Assembly (NCBI GenBank): GCA_964533945.1
Contig: CAZHPA010000004.1
Location: 15,180-79,179, forward strand
Direction of reading: 5' to 3'
Source of the DNA: an uncultured Defluviitaleaceae bacterium
GTDB lineage: Bacteria > Bacillota > Clostridia > Lachnospirales > WRBF01
Length of the DNA stretch: 64,000 bases
In this document: piece after piece, positions 10,203-20,307 of the stretch
Layout of the letters: every line of letters starts with the position of its first letter
Numbering within the stretch: the first letter of the stretch is position 1
Notes under the pieces: model-generated
What the model saw: the letters and a program-made list of their open reading frames with translations, nothing else
Told to the model about the DNA's origin: nothing
The model's database searches: none
Program-made: the position numbers and the translations under genes

Positions 10203-11186
10203 GTGGTTGTTGCTATGGACGCAATGGGGGGCGACAATGCGCCTAAAGTTATTGTTGAAGGTGCTTTGCTTGCGACGAATTGCATCGAAAACTTAAAAAT
10301 TATTCTTTTAGGAAAAGAACAACTTATTAAACAGCACCTTGAAAACTATAACGGAAGCTCAATTGAAATATTAAATACAACCCAAACAGTTGAAAACGAC
10401 GACGTACCAACAGTTGCAATTAAGCAAAAAAAAGATTCATCAATGGTTGTCGGGCTAAATCTTTTAAAACAAAAAAAGGCAGATGCTTTCATTTCTGCCG
10501 GAAACACAGGGGCGCTGTTAACAGGTGCAACTATAATTGTTGGAAGGCTTGAAGGAATTGAACGCCCGGCAATCGGTACGGTTTTGCCAAACAAAAACAA
10601 AACATATACTTTACTTATAGATAGCGGAGCAAACGTTGACTGCAAGCCTAGTTATATTTTGCAGTTTGCCAAAATGGGTTCTGTTTATATGGAAAATGTT
10701 TTGAATATTAAAAACCCTACAGTTGGGCTTTTAAATGTTGGAACAGAGGACAAAAAAGGGAATTCTTTAGTTAAAGAATGCTTTACCATTTTAAAAGAAT
10801 GCCAAGAAATTAATTTCTTTGGAAACGTTGAAGCTTCAACTGTTTCTTATGGAACTGTAGATGTTTTAGTTTGTGATGGGTTTGTTGGAAATGTTTTTTT
10901 AAAACAAGCAGAAGGGCTTTCTAAAATGATTTTAAGCGTTATAAAAGACGAATTAATGTCGTCTTTTATGGCAAAAATAGGGGCGGCTTTGGCTAAAGGA
11001 GCTTTTGAAAACGTTAAAAAACGCTTCGATTCAGCCGAAATTGGAGGCGCACCGTTTTTGGGCTTAAATGCACTTGTTGTTAAAGCACACGGAAACTCAA
11101 ACGAAAGAGAAATTTTTGGTGCTGTGCGTCAATGCGTTAATTTTGTTAATTCCGATATAGTTTCAAAAATAAAACAAAAATTATGA
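10203..11186 (+). CDS. plsX: Phosphate acyltransferase PlsX
   Basis: VAMDAMGGDNAP N-terminus, SAGNTGA motif, and the plsX-acpP-rnc context. The start may be GTG 10203 or ATG 10215. Confidence 0.95.
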   Translation: MVVAMDAMGGDNAPKVIVEGALLATNCIENLKIILLGKEQLIKQHLENYNGSSIEILNTTQTVENDDVPTVAIKQKKDSSMVVGLNLLKQKKADAFISAGNTGALLTGATIIVGRLEGIERPAIGTVLPNKNKTYTLLIDSGANVDCKPSYILQFAKMGSVYMENVLNIKNPTVGLLNVGTEDKKGNSLVKECFTILKECQEINFFGNVEASTVSYGTVDVLVCDGFVGNVFLKQAEGLSKMILSVIKDELMSSFMAKIGAALAKGAFENVKKRFDSAEIGGAPFLGLNALVVKAHGNSNEREIFGAVRQCVNFVNSDIVSKIKQKL

Positions 11187-11204
11187 CAGGGGCTACAAAA
11201 TTTT

Positions 11205-11432
11205 ATGGAGTTTGAAAAGGTCAGAAGTATAATTGCGTCGCAAATGAATATTGCACAGAGCAAAATAACATTAAATTCATCATTTGCCGACGATTTGGGG
11301 GCGGATTCTTTAGACATTTTTCAAATAGTTACAGAGCTTGAAGAAACATTTGGCATAGAATTTTCAAACGAAGACGCCGAAAAAATTAAAACAGTCGGGG
11401 ATATTGTAAATTATATTAAGGAAAGAATTTAA
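11205..11432 (+). CDS. acpP: Acyl carrier protein
   Basis: 75 aa with the phosphopantetheine attachment motif LGADSLD. Confidence 0.95.
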   Translation: MEFEKVRSIIASQMNIAQSKITLNSSFADDLGADSLDIFQIVTELEETFGIEFSNEDAEKIKTVGDIVNYIKERI

Positions 11433-12125
11433 ATGTATAGTGAATTTGAAGCAAAAATAGAATATGTTTTTAAAAATAAGGAGCTTTTAATTCAAGCTTT
11501 AACTCACAGCTCATTTTCATATGAAAATGAAAAAGTTAAAAACAACGAACGTCTTGAATTTTTAGGAGATGCCGTTTTAGAACTTTGCACAAGCGACTTT
11601 CTATATAAAAAGTTTAACGACTTTTCAGAAGGACAGCTAACTAAACTTAGAGCTTCAATAGTTTGCGAAGACAATCTTGCCAAAATAAGCAAGCAGCTTC
11701 AGCTTGGTAAATATTTAAGATTAGGCAAAGGTGAAGAAAATTCAAATGGAAGACAAAGAAATTCCACGCTGTCTGATGCATTTGAAGCTGTTATTGGTGC
11801 TGCATATTTAGATGGCGGATTTGATGCGGCTAAAGCGCTAGTTCATAGGCTTGTAACAGTTGATGTTAATGCTTCGCAAAGCATTTATTTTCCAAATGAC
11901 TATAAAACGCAGCTTCAAGAAATGGTGCAGCAAGAAAATGGCGTTCCTGTAAGTTATAAAATACTAGAACAGTTTGGGCCCGACCACAATAAAACGTTTG
12001 TTGCCCAAGTATCTCAAGGCAACAATATTTTAGGAAAAGGCAAAGGGAAAACTAAAAAGGAAGCGGAACAGCAGGCAGCATTTGAAGCTTTAGAAGCTCT
12101 AGATTCAAAAGATTCAAAGCTTTAG
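11433..12125 (+). CDS. rnc: Ribonuclease III
   Basis: RNase III signature NERLEFLGDAVLEL and a C-terminal dsRBD (GPDHNKTF...GKGKGKTKKEAEQQAA). Confidence 0.95.
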   Translation: MYSEFEAKIEYVFKNKELLIQALTHSSFSYENEKVKNNERLEFLGDAVLELCTSDFLYKKFNDFSEGQLTKLRASIVCEDNLAKISKQLQLGKYLRLGKGEENSNGRQRNSTLSDAFEAVIGAAYLDGGFDAAKALVHRLVTVDVNASQSIYFPNDYKTQLQEMVQQENGVPVSYKILEQFGPDHNKTFVAQVSQGNNILGKGKGKTKKEAEQQAAFEALEALDSKDSKL

Positions 12126-12138
12126 ATTCAAAGCTTTA
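12101..12138. repeat. Short tandem repeat spanning the rnc stop codon
   Basis: GATTCAAAGCTTTA occurs twice perfectly (12111-12124 and 12125-12138), preceded by a partial copy AGATTCAAAA. Confidence 0.8.
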
Positions 12139-12154
12139 AGCAGGAGGAAGTAAT

Positions 12155-13384
12155 TTGATTGCAGTAATAGGCGGAGGAGCGGCAGGAGTTTTGGCGGCAG
12201 GGGTTTTGGCCGAACGTGGATTTTCAGTTTCTCTTTTTGAAAAAAACGAAAAGCTTGGCAAAAAACTTCGCATAACCGGCAAAGGAAGGTGTAATTTAAC
12301 AAATGCTATACCTCCCGATGAATTTCTTGATAAAGTAATTAACAACCGTTCTTTTATGTACAGTGCATTATACAACTTCGACTCTTTCAGAACTATGGAT
12401 TTTTTTGAAAGCCTTGGTGTACCGCTTATGACCGAAAGAGGAAGCCGTGTTTATCCTGTTTCTGAAAAAGCAGGCGATATTGTTTTGGCTTTAGAAAACT
12501 ATTTAAAACAAAATAATGTTAAAGTATATTTAAATTGCTCTATTAAAGAAATTGTTGTTGAAGATGGTAAAGCTTGCGCCGTTGTTTTGGAAGATGGGCA
12601 AACGCTTTTTTGCGATGCTGTTATTGTTGCAACGGGCGGTTTATCGTACCCTAAAACAGGCTCAACCGGCGATGGCTACAAATTTGCAAAAGCAACAGGA
12701 CACAAAGTAACTAATCTTTACCCTTCGCTAGTTCCGCTTATAACTTATGAAAAATGGGTTGAAAAGCTGCAAGGGTTAAGCCTTAAAAACGTTTCAATAA
12801 CGGTTAATATTTCAGATGAAGTTGTGTATAAAAATTTCGGCGAAATGCTATTTACCCATTTCGGCTTGTCGGGTCCAATAATCTTATCAGCCAGCGCCTA
12901 TATAACAGGCAAATTTAATAAAAATCCAACTATTTCAATAGACCTAAAGCCAACATTAACCGACAAAGAACTTGATTTAAGAATTTTGCGTGATTTTGAA
13001 AAATATATTAATAAGCAGTTTAAGAATAGCCTTGATGACTTACTACCCCAAAAGTTAATACCAGTAATTATTGAATTAAGTGGCATTTCTCCAAATAAGC
13101 AAGTTAATTGCATTACAAAAGACGAGCGCAAGACGTTAGTTAAACTGCTTAAAAATTTAACATTTACAATAAAAAGCACAACAGGCTTTAATGACGCAAT
13201 TATAACGGCAGGGGGCGTGTGCGTTAACGACATTAATCCACACACAATGCAGTCTAAAAAAGTTAAAGGACTGTATTTTATAGGGGAAGTGCTTGACGTT
13301 GACGGATATACAGGCGGATTTAATTTGCAAATTGCATTTTCAACGGCATTTTTGGCGGCCGATTCTATACAATATAAGATATAG
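12155..13384 (+). CDS. NAD(P)/FAD-dependent oxidoreductase, BaiN/HI0933 (YhiN)-like flavoprotein
   Basis: N-terminal dinucleotide fold VIGGGAAGVLAAG and a C-terminal GEVLDVDGYTGGFNLQ motif typical of the HI0933 family. TTG start follows AGGAGG. Confidence 0.8.
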   Translation: MIAVIGGGAAGVLAAGVLAERGFSVSLFEKNEKLGKKLRITGKGRCNLTNAIPPDEFLDKVINNRSFMYSALYNFDSFRTMDFFESLGVPLMTERGSRVYPVSEKAGDIVLALENYLKQNNVKVYLNCSIKEIVVEDGKACAVVLEDGQTLFCDAVIVATGGLSYPKTGSTGDGYKFAKATGHKVTNLYPSLVPLITYEKWVEKLQGLSLKNVSITVNISDEVVYKNFGEMLFTHFGLSGPIILSASAYITGKFNKNPTISIDLKPTLTDKELDLRILRDFEKYINKQFKNSLDDLLPQKLIPVIIELSGISPNKQVNCITKDERKTLVKLLKNLTFTIKSTTGFNDAIITAGGVCVNDINPHTMQSKKVKGLYFIGEVLDVDGYTGGFNLQIAFSTAFLAADSIQYKI

Positions 13385-13387
13385 GGG

Positions 13388-14068
13388 GTGTTTTGCTTGT
13401 TTTCAATAGCTATAGATGGCCCAAGCGGTTCGGGCAAAAGCACTGCTGCTAAACTGTTAGCAAAAAAATTAGGCTGCATATATGTTGATACGGGCGCAAT
13501 GTATCGTGCTGTTGCATACTTTTGTATAGAAAATAACGTTAACTTAGATAGTGCTGAAAGTGTTGAAAAGGCAATATTAAATGACATTAACATTTCACTT
13601 GTTTTTGAAGACAACATGCAAAAGCTTTCGCTAAATGGCGCTTTTGTTACAGAATTACTTAGAACACAACAAGTTGCAGAAGGCTCTTCTAAAGTTGCAT
13701 CATATGATGGGGTTCGCAAAAGGCTTGTTGAAATACAACAAAACATCGCCAAAACAAATAGTGTAATTATGGACGGACGAGATATTGGAACTTGTGTTTT
13801 AAAAAATGCGTCTTTAAAAATATATTTAGATGCTTCTGTTTCCGTTAGAACAAACAGACGTATTTCAGAACTTTCGGAAAAAGGCGTTAAAGCCGACTAC
13901 GAAAAAACAAAAGAGGAAATTATAAAACGTGATTTAAGAGATAAAACAAGAGAAATTTCACCTCTTAAAGTAGCAGAAGATGCCATAATTTTAAACAGCG
14001 ACAATATGACTATTGAGCAAGTTGTGGAATTTATTGAAGGGCTGGTTAAGAAATGTTGTATTTTATAG
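13388..14068 (+). CDS. cmk: Cytidylate kinase
   Basis: IAIDGPSGSGKST P-loop and YVDTGAMYR motif. The true start may be TTG at 13397. Confidence 0.9.
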   Translation: MFCLFSIAIDGPSGSGKSTAAKLLAKKLGCIYVDTGAMYRAVAYFCIENNVNLDSAESVEKAILNDINISLVFEDNMQKLSLNGAFVTELLRTQQVAEGSSKVASYDGVRKRLVEIQQNIAKTNSVIMDGRDIGTCVLKNASLKIYLDASVSVRTNRRISELSEKGVKADYEKTKEEIIKRDLRDKTREISPLKVAEDAIILNSDNMTIEQVVEFIEGLVKKCCIL

Positions 14069-14634
14069 CAAGAGCAATTTTTATACCAATTTTTTTTCTT
14101 TTATTTCGTGTTTCAGCGCAAGGAGCTGAAAACATACCAAAAGAGGGCGGCGCAATAATTTGCAGCAATCATTTAAGCTTTTTCGACCCAATTGCAATTG
14201 GAATTAAAGCAAAACGCCAAATTCATTTCGTTGGCAAAAAAGAGCTTTTTAAAAACAAGCTTGTTGCTTGGTGCTTTAAAGAAGTTGGGGCATTTTCAAT
14301 TGATAGAGATAACCCCGACATGCAATCTTTTAAAACAGCTATGAAATTTTTAAAAGAAGGAGAAATTTTGGGGATTTTTGCTCAAGGTACAAGAATGAAA
14401 GAAGTTGACGCAAAAGGTGCAAAATCGGGTGTAACGTTTTTTGCATTAAAAGCAAATGTTCCCATAATCCCCGTTGGCATATGCGGTAATTATAAGCTTT
14501 TTAGCAAAATGACAGTTAAGTTTGGAGAACCTATTTACTTTGACGAATATAAAGACGTTAAAGTTAAAACAGAACTTCTAAATGAAATAACCGAAAACGT
14601 TATGAATCGTGTAAGCGAGTTGGTTAAAAATTGA
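14053..14634 (+). CDS. plsC: 1-acyl-sn-glycerol-3-phosphate acyltransferase
   Basis: Acyltransferase NHLSFFDP (HX4D) motif and FAQGTR motif. Overlaps the cmk end by 16 nt. Confidence 0.85.
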   Translation: MLYFIARAIFIPIFFLLFRVSAQGAENIPKEGGAIICSNHLSFFDPIAIGIKAKRQIHFVGKKELFKNKLVAWCFKEVGAFSIDRDNPDMQSFKTAMKFLKEGEILGIFAQGTRMKEVDAKGAKSGVTFFALKANVPIIPVGICGNYKLFSKMTVKFGEPIYFDEYKDVKVKTELLNEITENVMNRVSELVKN

Positions 14635-16556
14635 AACCCCTTTTAATCTTAGGGCGCTATGCCGGGTTTTGTTATGGCGTTGCATCTGCGCTAAATATGG
14701 TATATAATCACATTCATTTGGAAAAGCTTTGTACATATGGCGATATTATTCATAATAAACAAGTTATTAACGATTTAAAAAGCAAAGGTGTCGAAGTTAT
14801 AGAAAATATAGACGACGCAAACGGAAGAACTGTTGCCATAAGAACACATGGCATTTCTAAAGCCATTTATGATTACATGGATAAAAATAATATTAAATAT
14901 ATCGATTGTACTTGCAAGCACGTTAAAAAAATTCATAATATTGTTTTAAACGCTTCTAAAAAAGGGCTTTTGGTAATTGTTATAGGAGATTGCAAGCACC
15001 CCGAAGTTGCCGGCATTGCAGGCTTTTCACAAAATGGCGCAATTGTTTTAAACAGCAAGGAACAGGCACTTAATACTGTATTTGACAAATCTAAAAAATA
15101 TTGCGTTGTTGTACAAACAACATTTATATATGAAAATTATATTCAAATATTAAACATTTTAAAAGAAGCCGGTATAGAGCTTGAAGAAATTAATAATACA
15201 ATTTGTAATGCAACATCAAACCGCCAATATGAGGCGGAAAGTATATCTAAAAATGTTGATATTATGCTAGTAATAGGTGACAAAAAAAGTTCTAATACAG
15301 TCAAATTATTTGAAATATGTTATAAAAATTGCAAAAAAACATTTTTAATCGAAACAATTGACGATTTAGTATTGAATAATTTAAATCTTAATGGTAAAAT
15401 TGGAATAACGGCCGGTGCCTCAACACCGCCGGACACAATAAAGGGGGCTTTAATTAAAATGAACGAATTAGATAAATCTCAAACCCAAACCCAAACTTTT
15501 GAAGAAATGTTAGGCGAATCTATAACAACATTGCATACAGGAGACATAGTTAAAGGTACTGTTATTCAAGTTTCAAACGGGGAAGTTTCTGTTAATTTAG
15601 GATATAAATCAGATGGAATAATACCACGTTCCGAATTTTCAGAAGACCAAACTATCGACCCTAGCGAAATTGTAAAGCCTGGTGACCCAATAGAAGTATT
15701 TGTTGTTAGAGTAAACGACGGCGAAGGAAATGTTATGCTTTCTCGCAAAAAAATAGAAGCAAACAAAAGTATGGTTCTATTAGAGGCAGCATATAATGAA
15801 AAAACTGTTGTTTCTGGCAAAGTAATCGAAATTGTTAAAGGCGGGTTAATTGCATTAGTTGGAGGCGTTAGAATTTTCGTTCCTTCATCGCAAGCATCGA
15901 ATAGATATGTTGAAGATTTGTCTGTTTTCATAGGTAAAGAATTCAACTTTAATATTATTGAATTTGATAAAAGCAAACGCCGCATAGTTGGCAGCAGAAA
16001 AAATTTAGCCGCTATAGAACAAGCCGAAAGCAAAGAACGTGTGTTTAATACAATAGCAGTTGGGCAAAAAATTAAAGGCATTGTAACACGAATTGTTGAA
16101 TTTGGAGCATTTGTTGATGTTGGCGGAGTTGATGGCCTTGTTCATATTTCAGAACTTTCATGGAGCAGAATACCAAAAGTTCAAGATGTTTTAAAAGAAG
16201 GCGACCAAGTTACAGTTTGTGTACTTGCCGTTGATAAAGAAAAGGGCAAAATTTCTCTTTCTTTAAAAAATGTTGAAGGCGACCCATGGAATAATATTGC
16301 TGAAAAATACCCTGTAGGACAAGTTATTTCAGGTAAAGTTGTTCGTATGGTTCCTTTTGGTGCTTTTATTGAGCTTGAAGAAGGTCTTGATGGGCTTGTT
16401 CATGTTTCTCAAATTGCAAAAAACCATGTTGAAAAACCTGAAGATGTACTTTCCATTGGGGAAAATATAAATGTTAAAGTTATAGGCATAGACCCTGAAA
16501 ACAAAAGAATCAGTTTATCTAAAAAAGCTGCCGACTTAGCAGAACAAACTGCATAA
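14631..16556 (+). CDS. ispH: Bifunctional 4-hydroxy-3-methylbut-2-enyl diphosphate reductase (IspH) / ribosomal protein S1-domain fusion
   Basis: The N-terminal ~280 aa are IspH-like (GFCYGV, HNKQV, TICNAT). The C-terminal ~350 aa contain four S1 repeats (GxVxxVxxGGxxVxxGG...GLVHxSE). This fusion is common in Clostridia. Confidence 0.9.
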   Translation: MKPLLILGRYAGFCYGVASALNMVYNHIHLEKLCTYGDIIHNKQVINDLKSKGVEVIENIDDANGRTVAIRTHGISKAIYDYMDKNNIKYIDCTCKHVKKIHNIVLNASKKGLLVIVIGDCKHPEVAGIAGFSQNGAIVLNSKEQALNTVFDKSKKYCVVVQTTFIYENYIQILNILKEAGIELEEINNTICNATSNRQYEAESISKNVDIMLVIGDKKSSNTVKLFEICYKNCKKTFLIETIDDLVLNNLNLNGKIGITAGASTPPDTIKGALIKMNELDKSQTQTQTFEEMLGESITTLHTGDIVKGTVIQVSNGEVSVNLGYKSDGIIPRSEFSEDQTIDPSEIVKPGDPIEVFVVRVNDGEGNVMLSRKKIEANKSMVLLEAAYNEKTVVSGKVIEIVKGGLIALVGGVRIFVPSSQASNRYVEDLSVFIGKEFNFNIIEFDKSKRRIVGSRKNLAAIEQAESKERVFNTIAVGQKIKGIVTRIVEFGAFVDVGGVDGLVHISELSWSRIPKVQDVLKEGDQVTVCVLAVDKEKGKISLSLKNVEGDPWNNIAEKYPVGQVISGKVVRMVPFGAFIELEEGLDGLVHVSQIAKNHVEKPEDVLSIGENINVKVIGIDPENKRISLSKKAADLAEQTA

Positions 16557-16563
16557 AAAGGAG

Positions 16564-16818
16564 GTGTTTTACTTGAGCATTTTATTTACTATCCTTTCAG
16601 TTTTATATATTGTTGGTTGTCTTGCACTAATCGGCGTTATTCTATTACAGAAAAAACGTTCGGCAGGTATAGGCAACCTAGGAACAACCGGGGGAAGTAA
16701 CCAAACTTATTGGGATAAAAACAAGGGAAGGTCACTAGACGGTATGCTTGAAAAATATACAAAACTTGGCGGTCTATTATTTTTCATTTTAACCGTTGTG
16801 CTATGTGTTGTTAAATGA
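16564..16818 (+). CDS. secG: Preprotein translocase subunit SecG
   Basis: About 80 aa with two TM segments and the LLQKKRSAGIG motif. TTG at 16573 has better SD spacing than GTG at 16564. Confidence 0.8.
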   Translation: MFYLSILFTILSVLYIVGCLALIGVILLQKKRSAGIGNLGTTGGSNQTYWDKNKGRSLDGMLEKYTKLGGLLFFILTVVLCVVK

Positions 16819-16829
16819 AGTTTTTCTAA

Positions 16830-16852
16830 AAACGGGCAATTGCCCGTTTTTG
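16830..16852 (+). terminator. Intrinsic terminator after secG
   Basis: Perfect palindrome AAACGGGCAATTGCCCGTTT followed by a T-run. Confidence 0.8.
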
Positions 16853-16884
16853 CGTTTCCAATTATTTTTTAAGGGGTATTTAAA

Positions 16885-17568
16885 ATGAATAACGAGATAA
16901 AATGTATTTTAGAGCAAAAAGGAATTGATATTGTACGCTTCGTGGATATTTCATCCATTTCTTCTAAAGCAACAAAAGGTTTTAATAAAGCGGTTTTGCT
17001 TTGCAATGCTTTATCTAAACAATTTATTTTGAATATGCATAATAATTTACCGATAGACATAGAAAACGACGAATTTTTAAAAAAAGAAAAAAAGATTGAG
17101 GAATTAGCCGACTGGCTTGCCGAATATATTAAAGATAAAGGTTATTCGGCTTGCTCTCAATCGGAAAAAAATAATATGGAGCAAGGACAAATTGAAAAGG
17201 CATATATTAACCCTGAAGCACAACAAGGCATTAGCACTTTACCCCACAAAATAATTGCCTATTTTGCAGGGCTTGGGTTTATTGGAAAAAACAACTTGCT
17301 TATAACAGAACAATTCGGCTGCGCTTTGGTAATGTGTTCTGTTTTAACAAATGCGCCGCTCTCAACTCAAAGTTATACTTTAATTCCACCAAAATGCGGC
17401 AATTGCAATATATGTACTAAAGTTTGCATAAAAGGAGCAATAAAAGGCATCGAATGGGAGCAAAATATTAAAAGGGAAGTAATGATTGATGTTTCCAAAT
17501 GTTGCTGCGCTTTAAAATGTATGATAAATTGCCCATTTACGCTAAAATATGCAAGAAGCCAAAAATAA
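16885..17568 (+). CDS. 4Fe-4S cluster-binding protein, QueG/reductive-dehalogenase-related fold (uncertain)
   Basis: CGNCNICTKVC ferredoxin-type motif and a second Cys cluster CCCALKCMINCP. I saw no other diagnostic motif. Confidence 0.5.
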   Translation: MNNEIKCILEQKGIDIVRFVDISSISSKATKGFNKAVLLCNALSKQFILNMHNNLPIDIENDEFLKKEKKIEELADWLAEYIKDKGYSACSQSEKNNMEQGQIEKAYINPEAQQGISTLPHKIIAYFAGLGFIGKNNLLITEQFGCALVMCSVLTNAPLSTQSYTLIPPKCGNCNICTKVCIKGAIKGIEWEQNIKREVMIDVSKCCCALKCMINCPFTLKYARSQK

Positions 17569-17691
17569 ATAAATTTGAAGCTTGGATTTTAATTGAATGG
17601 CTTGATTAATGGGATACTTTCTTTTCATAGTTACATTAACAATTTTATTAATAAATCTAAAAAAGTTAGAAAATAGCATGGAGGTTAATTT

Positions 17692-18639
17692 ATGGCATAT
17701 TTGCTTTTAATAGCCGGTTTTATAGTTTTAATTAAAGGAGCAGATTTTTTCGTTTCGGGCGGTTCTTCTATTGCTGCAATTTTAAAAATTCCGCCATTAA
17801 TAATTGGGCTAACAATTATTTCTTTCGGAACAAGTGCACCCGAAGCCGCAATAAGCATTGCCGCTTCCTTAAAACAAAGTGCCGGAATGTCTATTGGTAA
17901 TGCTGTTGGTTCTAATATGTTTAATCTTTTGCCTGTCATTGGCGTTTCTGCTGTTTTATCTCCTATTTTAGTTAAAAAATCTATACTTATTAAAGACTAC
18001 CCTTTTAGCATTTTGTCTGCATTAGTTCTTTTTGTTTTAGCATCGGATACATTTTTAGGCGCAGAAGCAAAAATTTTATCACGTTCAGATGGAATTATTT
18101 TATTAATATTTTTCGGTATTTTTCTATACTATTTAATAGTTGACGCTCTTAGTAACAAATATCAAGAAAATGCAGAAACAAAAAAGCTTCCGTTTCTGCT
18201 TTCTGTTTTCTATTGCATATTTGGCATTTTATGCATAATATTTGGCGGTCAGCTTGTTGTTTCAAACGCTTCAATTATTGCTAAAAGCTTTAATATGAGC
18301 GATGAATTAATAGGGCTAACAGTCGTTGCAATAGGAACAAGCCTTCCCGAATTTGTTACGTCTGTTGTTGCAGCTAGAAAAGGAGAAAGTGATATTGCCG
18401 TTGGAAACGTTATTGGTTCTAACATTTTCAACATATTTTTCGTGCTTGGCACTTCTGCCGCAATTTCTCCGCTTGCTGTTGATTCTAAAGTTTATGTTAG
18501 TATAATAATATTTTTTGCCGCTTCGTTGTTTTGCTATATGTTTATATACACGGGGCATAAAATAACCCGAACAGAAGGGCTGCTTATGACGGCGCTATAT
18601 ATTCTTTATTTTGGATTTACAATTATATATGGGGTTTAA
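17692..18639 (+). CDS. Calcium/sodium (cation) antiporter, CaCA/YrbG family
   Basis: Polytopic protein with both alpha-repeat signatures, GNAVGSNMFNLL and GNVIGSNIFNIF. Confidence 0.85.
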   Translation: MAYLLLIAGFIVLIKGADFFVSGGSSIAAILKIPPLIIGLTIISFGTSAPEAAISIAASLKQSAGMSIGNAVGSNMFNLLPVIGVSAVLSPILVKKSILIKDYPFSILSALVLFVLASDTFLGAEAKILSRSDGIILLIFFGIFLYYLIVDALSNKYQENAETKKLPFLLSVFYCIFGILCIIFGGQLVVSNASIIAKSFNMSDELIGLTVVAIGTSLPEFVTSVVAARKGESDIAVGNVIGSNIFNIFFVLGTSAAISPLAVDSKVYVSIIIFFAASLFCYMFIYTGHKITRTEGLLMTALYILYFGFTIIYGV

Positions 18640-18663
18640 ATTGTCGAATTATTGTGATATAAT
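18635..18663 (+). promoter_or_regulatory. Putative extended -10 promoter for prs
   Basis: TTTAAA, 17 nt, then TGATATAAT (TGnTATAAT). The -35 element is weak. Confidence 0.35.
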
Positions 18664-18714
18664 TGCAAATGAGTTTTAAAAAGGATAATAAAAAAGTAAA
18701 CGGAGGATAGCAAA

Positions 18715-19677
18715 ATGGAATATGTTACTAATGACAGCATTAAAATTTTCACTTGCAATGCAAATATTCCGCTTGCAAACGGAATAGCCAAAAAGCTTGG
18801 GCTAACACTTGGAAATTCTGAAGCATTGCGATTTTCAGATGGGGAAATTTGTATTAGAATTAACGAATTAGTTCGTGGTGTTGATGTTTTTATAGTTCAA
18901 CCAACATGCCCACCTGTTAATGAAAATTTAATGGAACTTTTAATTATGATAGACGCATTGCGCCGTGCATCTGCCGGAAGAATTACAGCTGTTATGCCAT
19001 ATTTTGGTTATGCAAGACAAGACCGAAAAGCAAGAGCCAGAGACCCAATTAGCGCTAAACTTGTTGCAGATATTTTAACAACAGCAGGAGCAGACAGACT
19101 TTTAACAATGGATTTGCATTGCGACCAAATTCAAGGCTTTTTCGACATCCCTGTAGACCATTTAAGGGGCGTGCAACTATTTTCAGATTACTACAGCAAA
19201 AAGTTTGAAGATTTATCTGATGTTGTTGTTGTTTCCCCAGATTTAGGGAGCGTTTCAAGGGCGCGTTCGTTTGCAGAAAGACTAGATGTTCCCCTTGCAA
19301 TCGTTGACAAACGCCGTCCGAAACAAAACGTTTCTGAAGTTATGAACATAATTGGAAATATTAAAGATAAAAAAGTTATAATTTTAGATGATATGATTGA
19401 CACGGGCGGAAGTATTACAAACGCTGCCAATATTTTGAAAGAAAGAGGAGCCGTTGATGTTTTTGCTTGCTGCACACACGGCATTTTTTCGGGCCCTGCG
19501 CTGCAACGCATTGAAGATTCTGCAATTTCAGAACTTGTTGCATTAAACACAATTCCTTTTGAACATAGTGAAATAACAAATAAAATTAAAGTTCTTTCGG
19601 TTGCAGGGCTTTTTGCCAAAGCAATTAGCCGTGTGCATGACGGGCTTTCGATTTCTAAACTTTTTGAAGAAGATTAA
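18715..19677 (+). CDS. prs: Ribose-phosphate pyrophosphokinase
   Basis: YFGYARQDRK and VSPDLG motifs and the PRPP-binding loop ILDDMIDTGGS. Confidence 0.95.
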   Translation: MEYVTNDSIKIFTCNANIPLANGIAKKLGLTLGNSEALRFSDGEICIRINELVRGVDVFIVQPTCPPVNENLMELLIMIDALRRASAGRITAVMPYFGYARQDRKARARDPISAKLVADILTTAGADRLLTMDLHCDQIQGFFDIPVDHLRGVQLFSDYYSKKFEDLSDVVVVSPDLGSVSRARSFAERLDVPLAIVDKRRPKQNVSEVMNIIGNIKDKKVIILDDMIDTGGSITNAANILKERGAVDVFACCTHGIFSGPALQRIEDSAISELVALNTIPFEHSEITNKIKVLSVAGLFAKAISRVHDGLSISKLFEED

Positions 19678-19706
19678 AAAGTAGGATTAATAAGGGAAGA
19701 TTAAAA

Positions 19707-20276
19707 ATGACTTTAATAATTGGCTTGGGCAATCCGGAAAAAGAATATAAAGGAACACGACATAATGTTGGATTTGAAGCTATAAATAAACTTGCATATG
19801 ACGAAAATATTGAAATTAATAAGGCAAAATTCCGCTCTCATATTGGAGAAGGTGTAATTTCTGGCAAAAAAGTTTTATTAATGAAGCCTCAAACATATAT
19901 GAATTTAAGTGGAGAAGCTGTTTTAGATGCTCTTTCTTTTTATAAACTTAAACCCGAAAATATAATTGTTATTTATGACGATACAAGCATACCTTTAGGT
20001 CAAATTAGAATTAGAAAAAAAGGAAGTTCTGCCGGCCATAACGGCATGAAAAACATAATATATCTTTTAAACACAGACGAATTTCTGCGAATTAGAATTG
20101 GTATTGGCGAAAAACCTTCGGGCTTTTCGCTTTCAAATTACGTTTTAAGTCATTTTAGCAAAGCTGAATTTGAAACGGTTGTTGAAGGAATAACAAAAGC
20201 TACAGATGCTGCTTTAGAAATTATTTTAAATGGAACGGATTGTGCAATGAATAGATTTAATCAAAAAGTTAATTAA
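19707..20276 (+). CDS. pth: Peptidyl-tRNA hydrolase
   Basis: IIGLGNPEKEYKGTRHNVGF N-terminus and GHNGMKNI motif. Confidence 0.95.
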   Translation: MTLIIGLGNPEKEYKGTRHNVGFEAINKLAYDENIEINKAKFRSHIGEGVISGKKVLLMKPQTYMNLSGEAVLDALSFYKLKPENIIVIYDDTSIPLGQIRIRKKGSSAGHNGMKNIIYLLNTDEFLRIRIGIGEKPSGFSLSNYVLSHFSKAEFETVVEGITKATDAALEIILNGTDCAMNRFNQKVN

Positions 20277-20307
20277 TAGCTAATTAATGTTAAAAGGAAG
20301 TGTTGAA

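Noticed and set aside
12898-13752. 284-aa minus-strand ORF
   Set aside because: It is entirely antisense to two well-supported + strand genes (the BaiN-like flavoprotein and cmk). It has no SD, and its composition is typical of a shadow ORF on the complement of a coding frame.
15566-16081. 171-aa minus-strand ORF
   Set aside because: It is antisense to the S1-repeat region of the ispH/rpsA fusion, so it is a shadow ORF.
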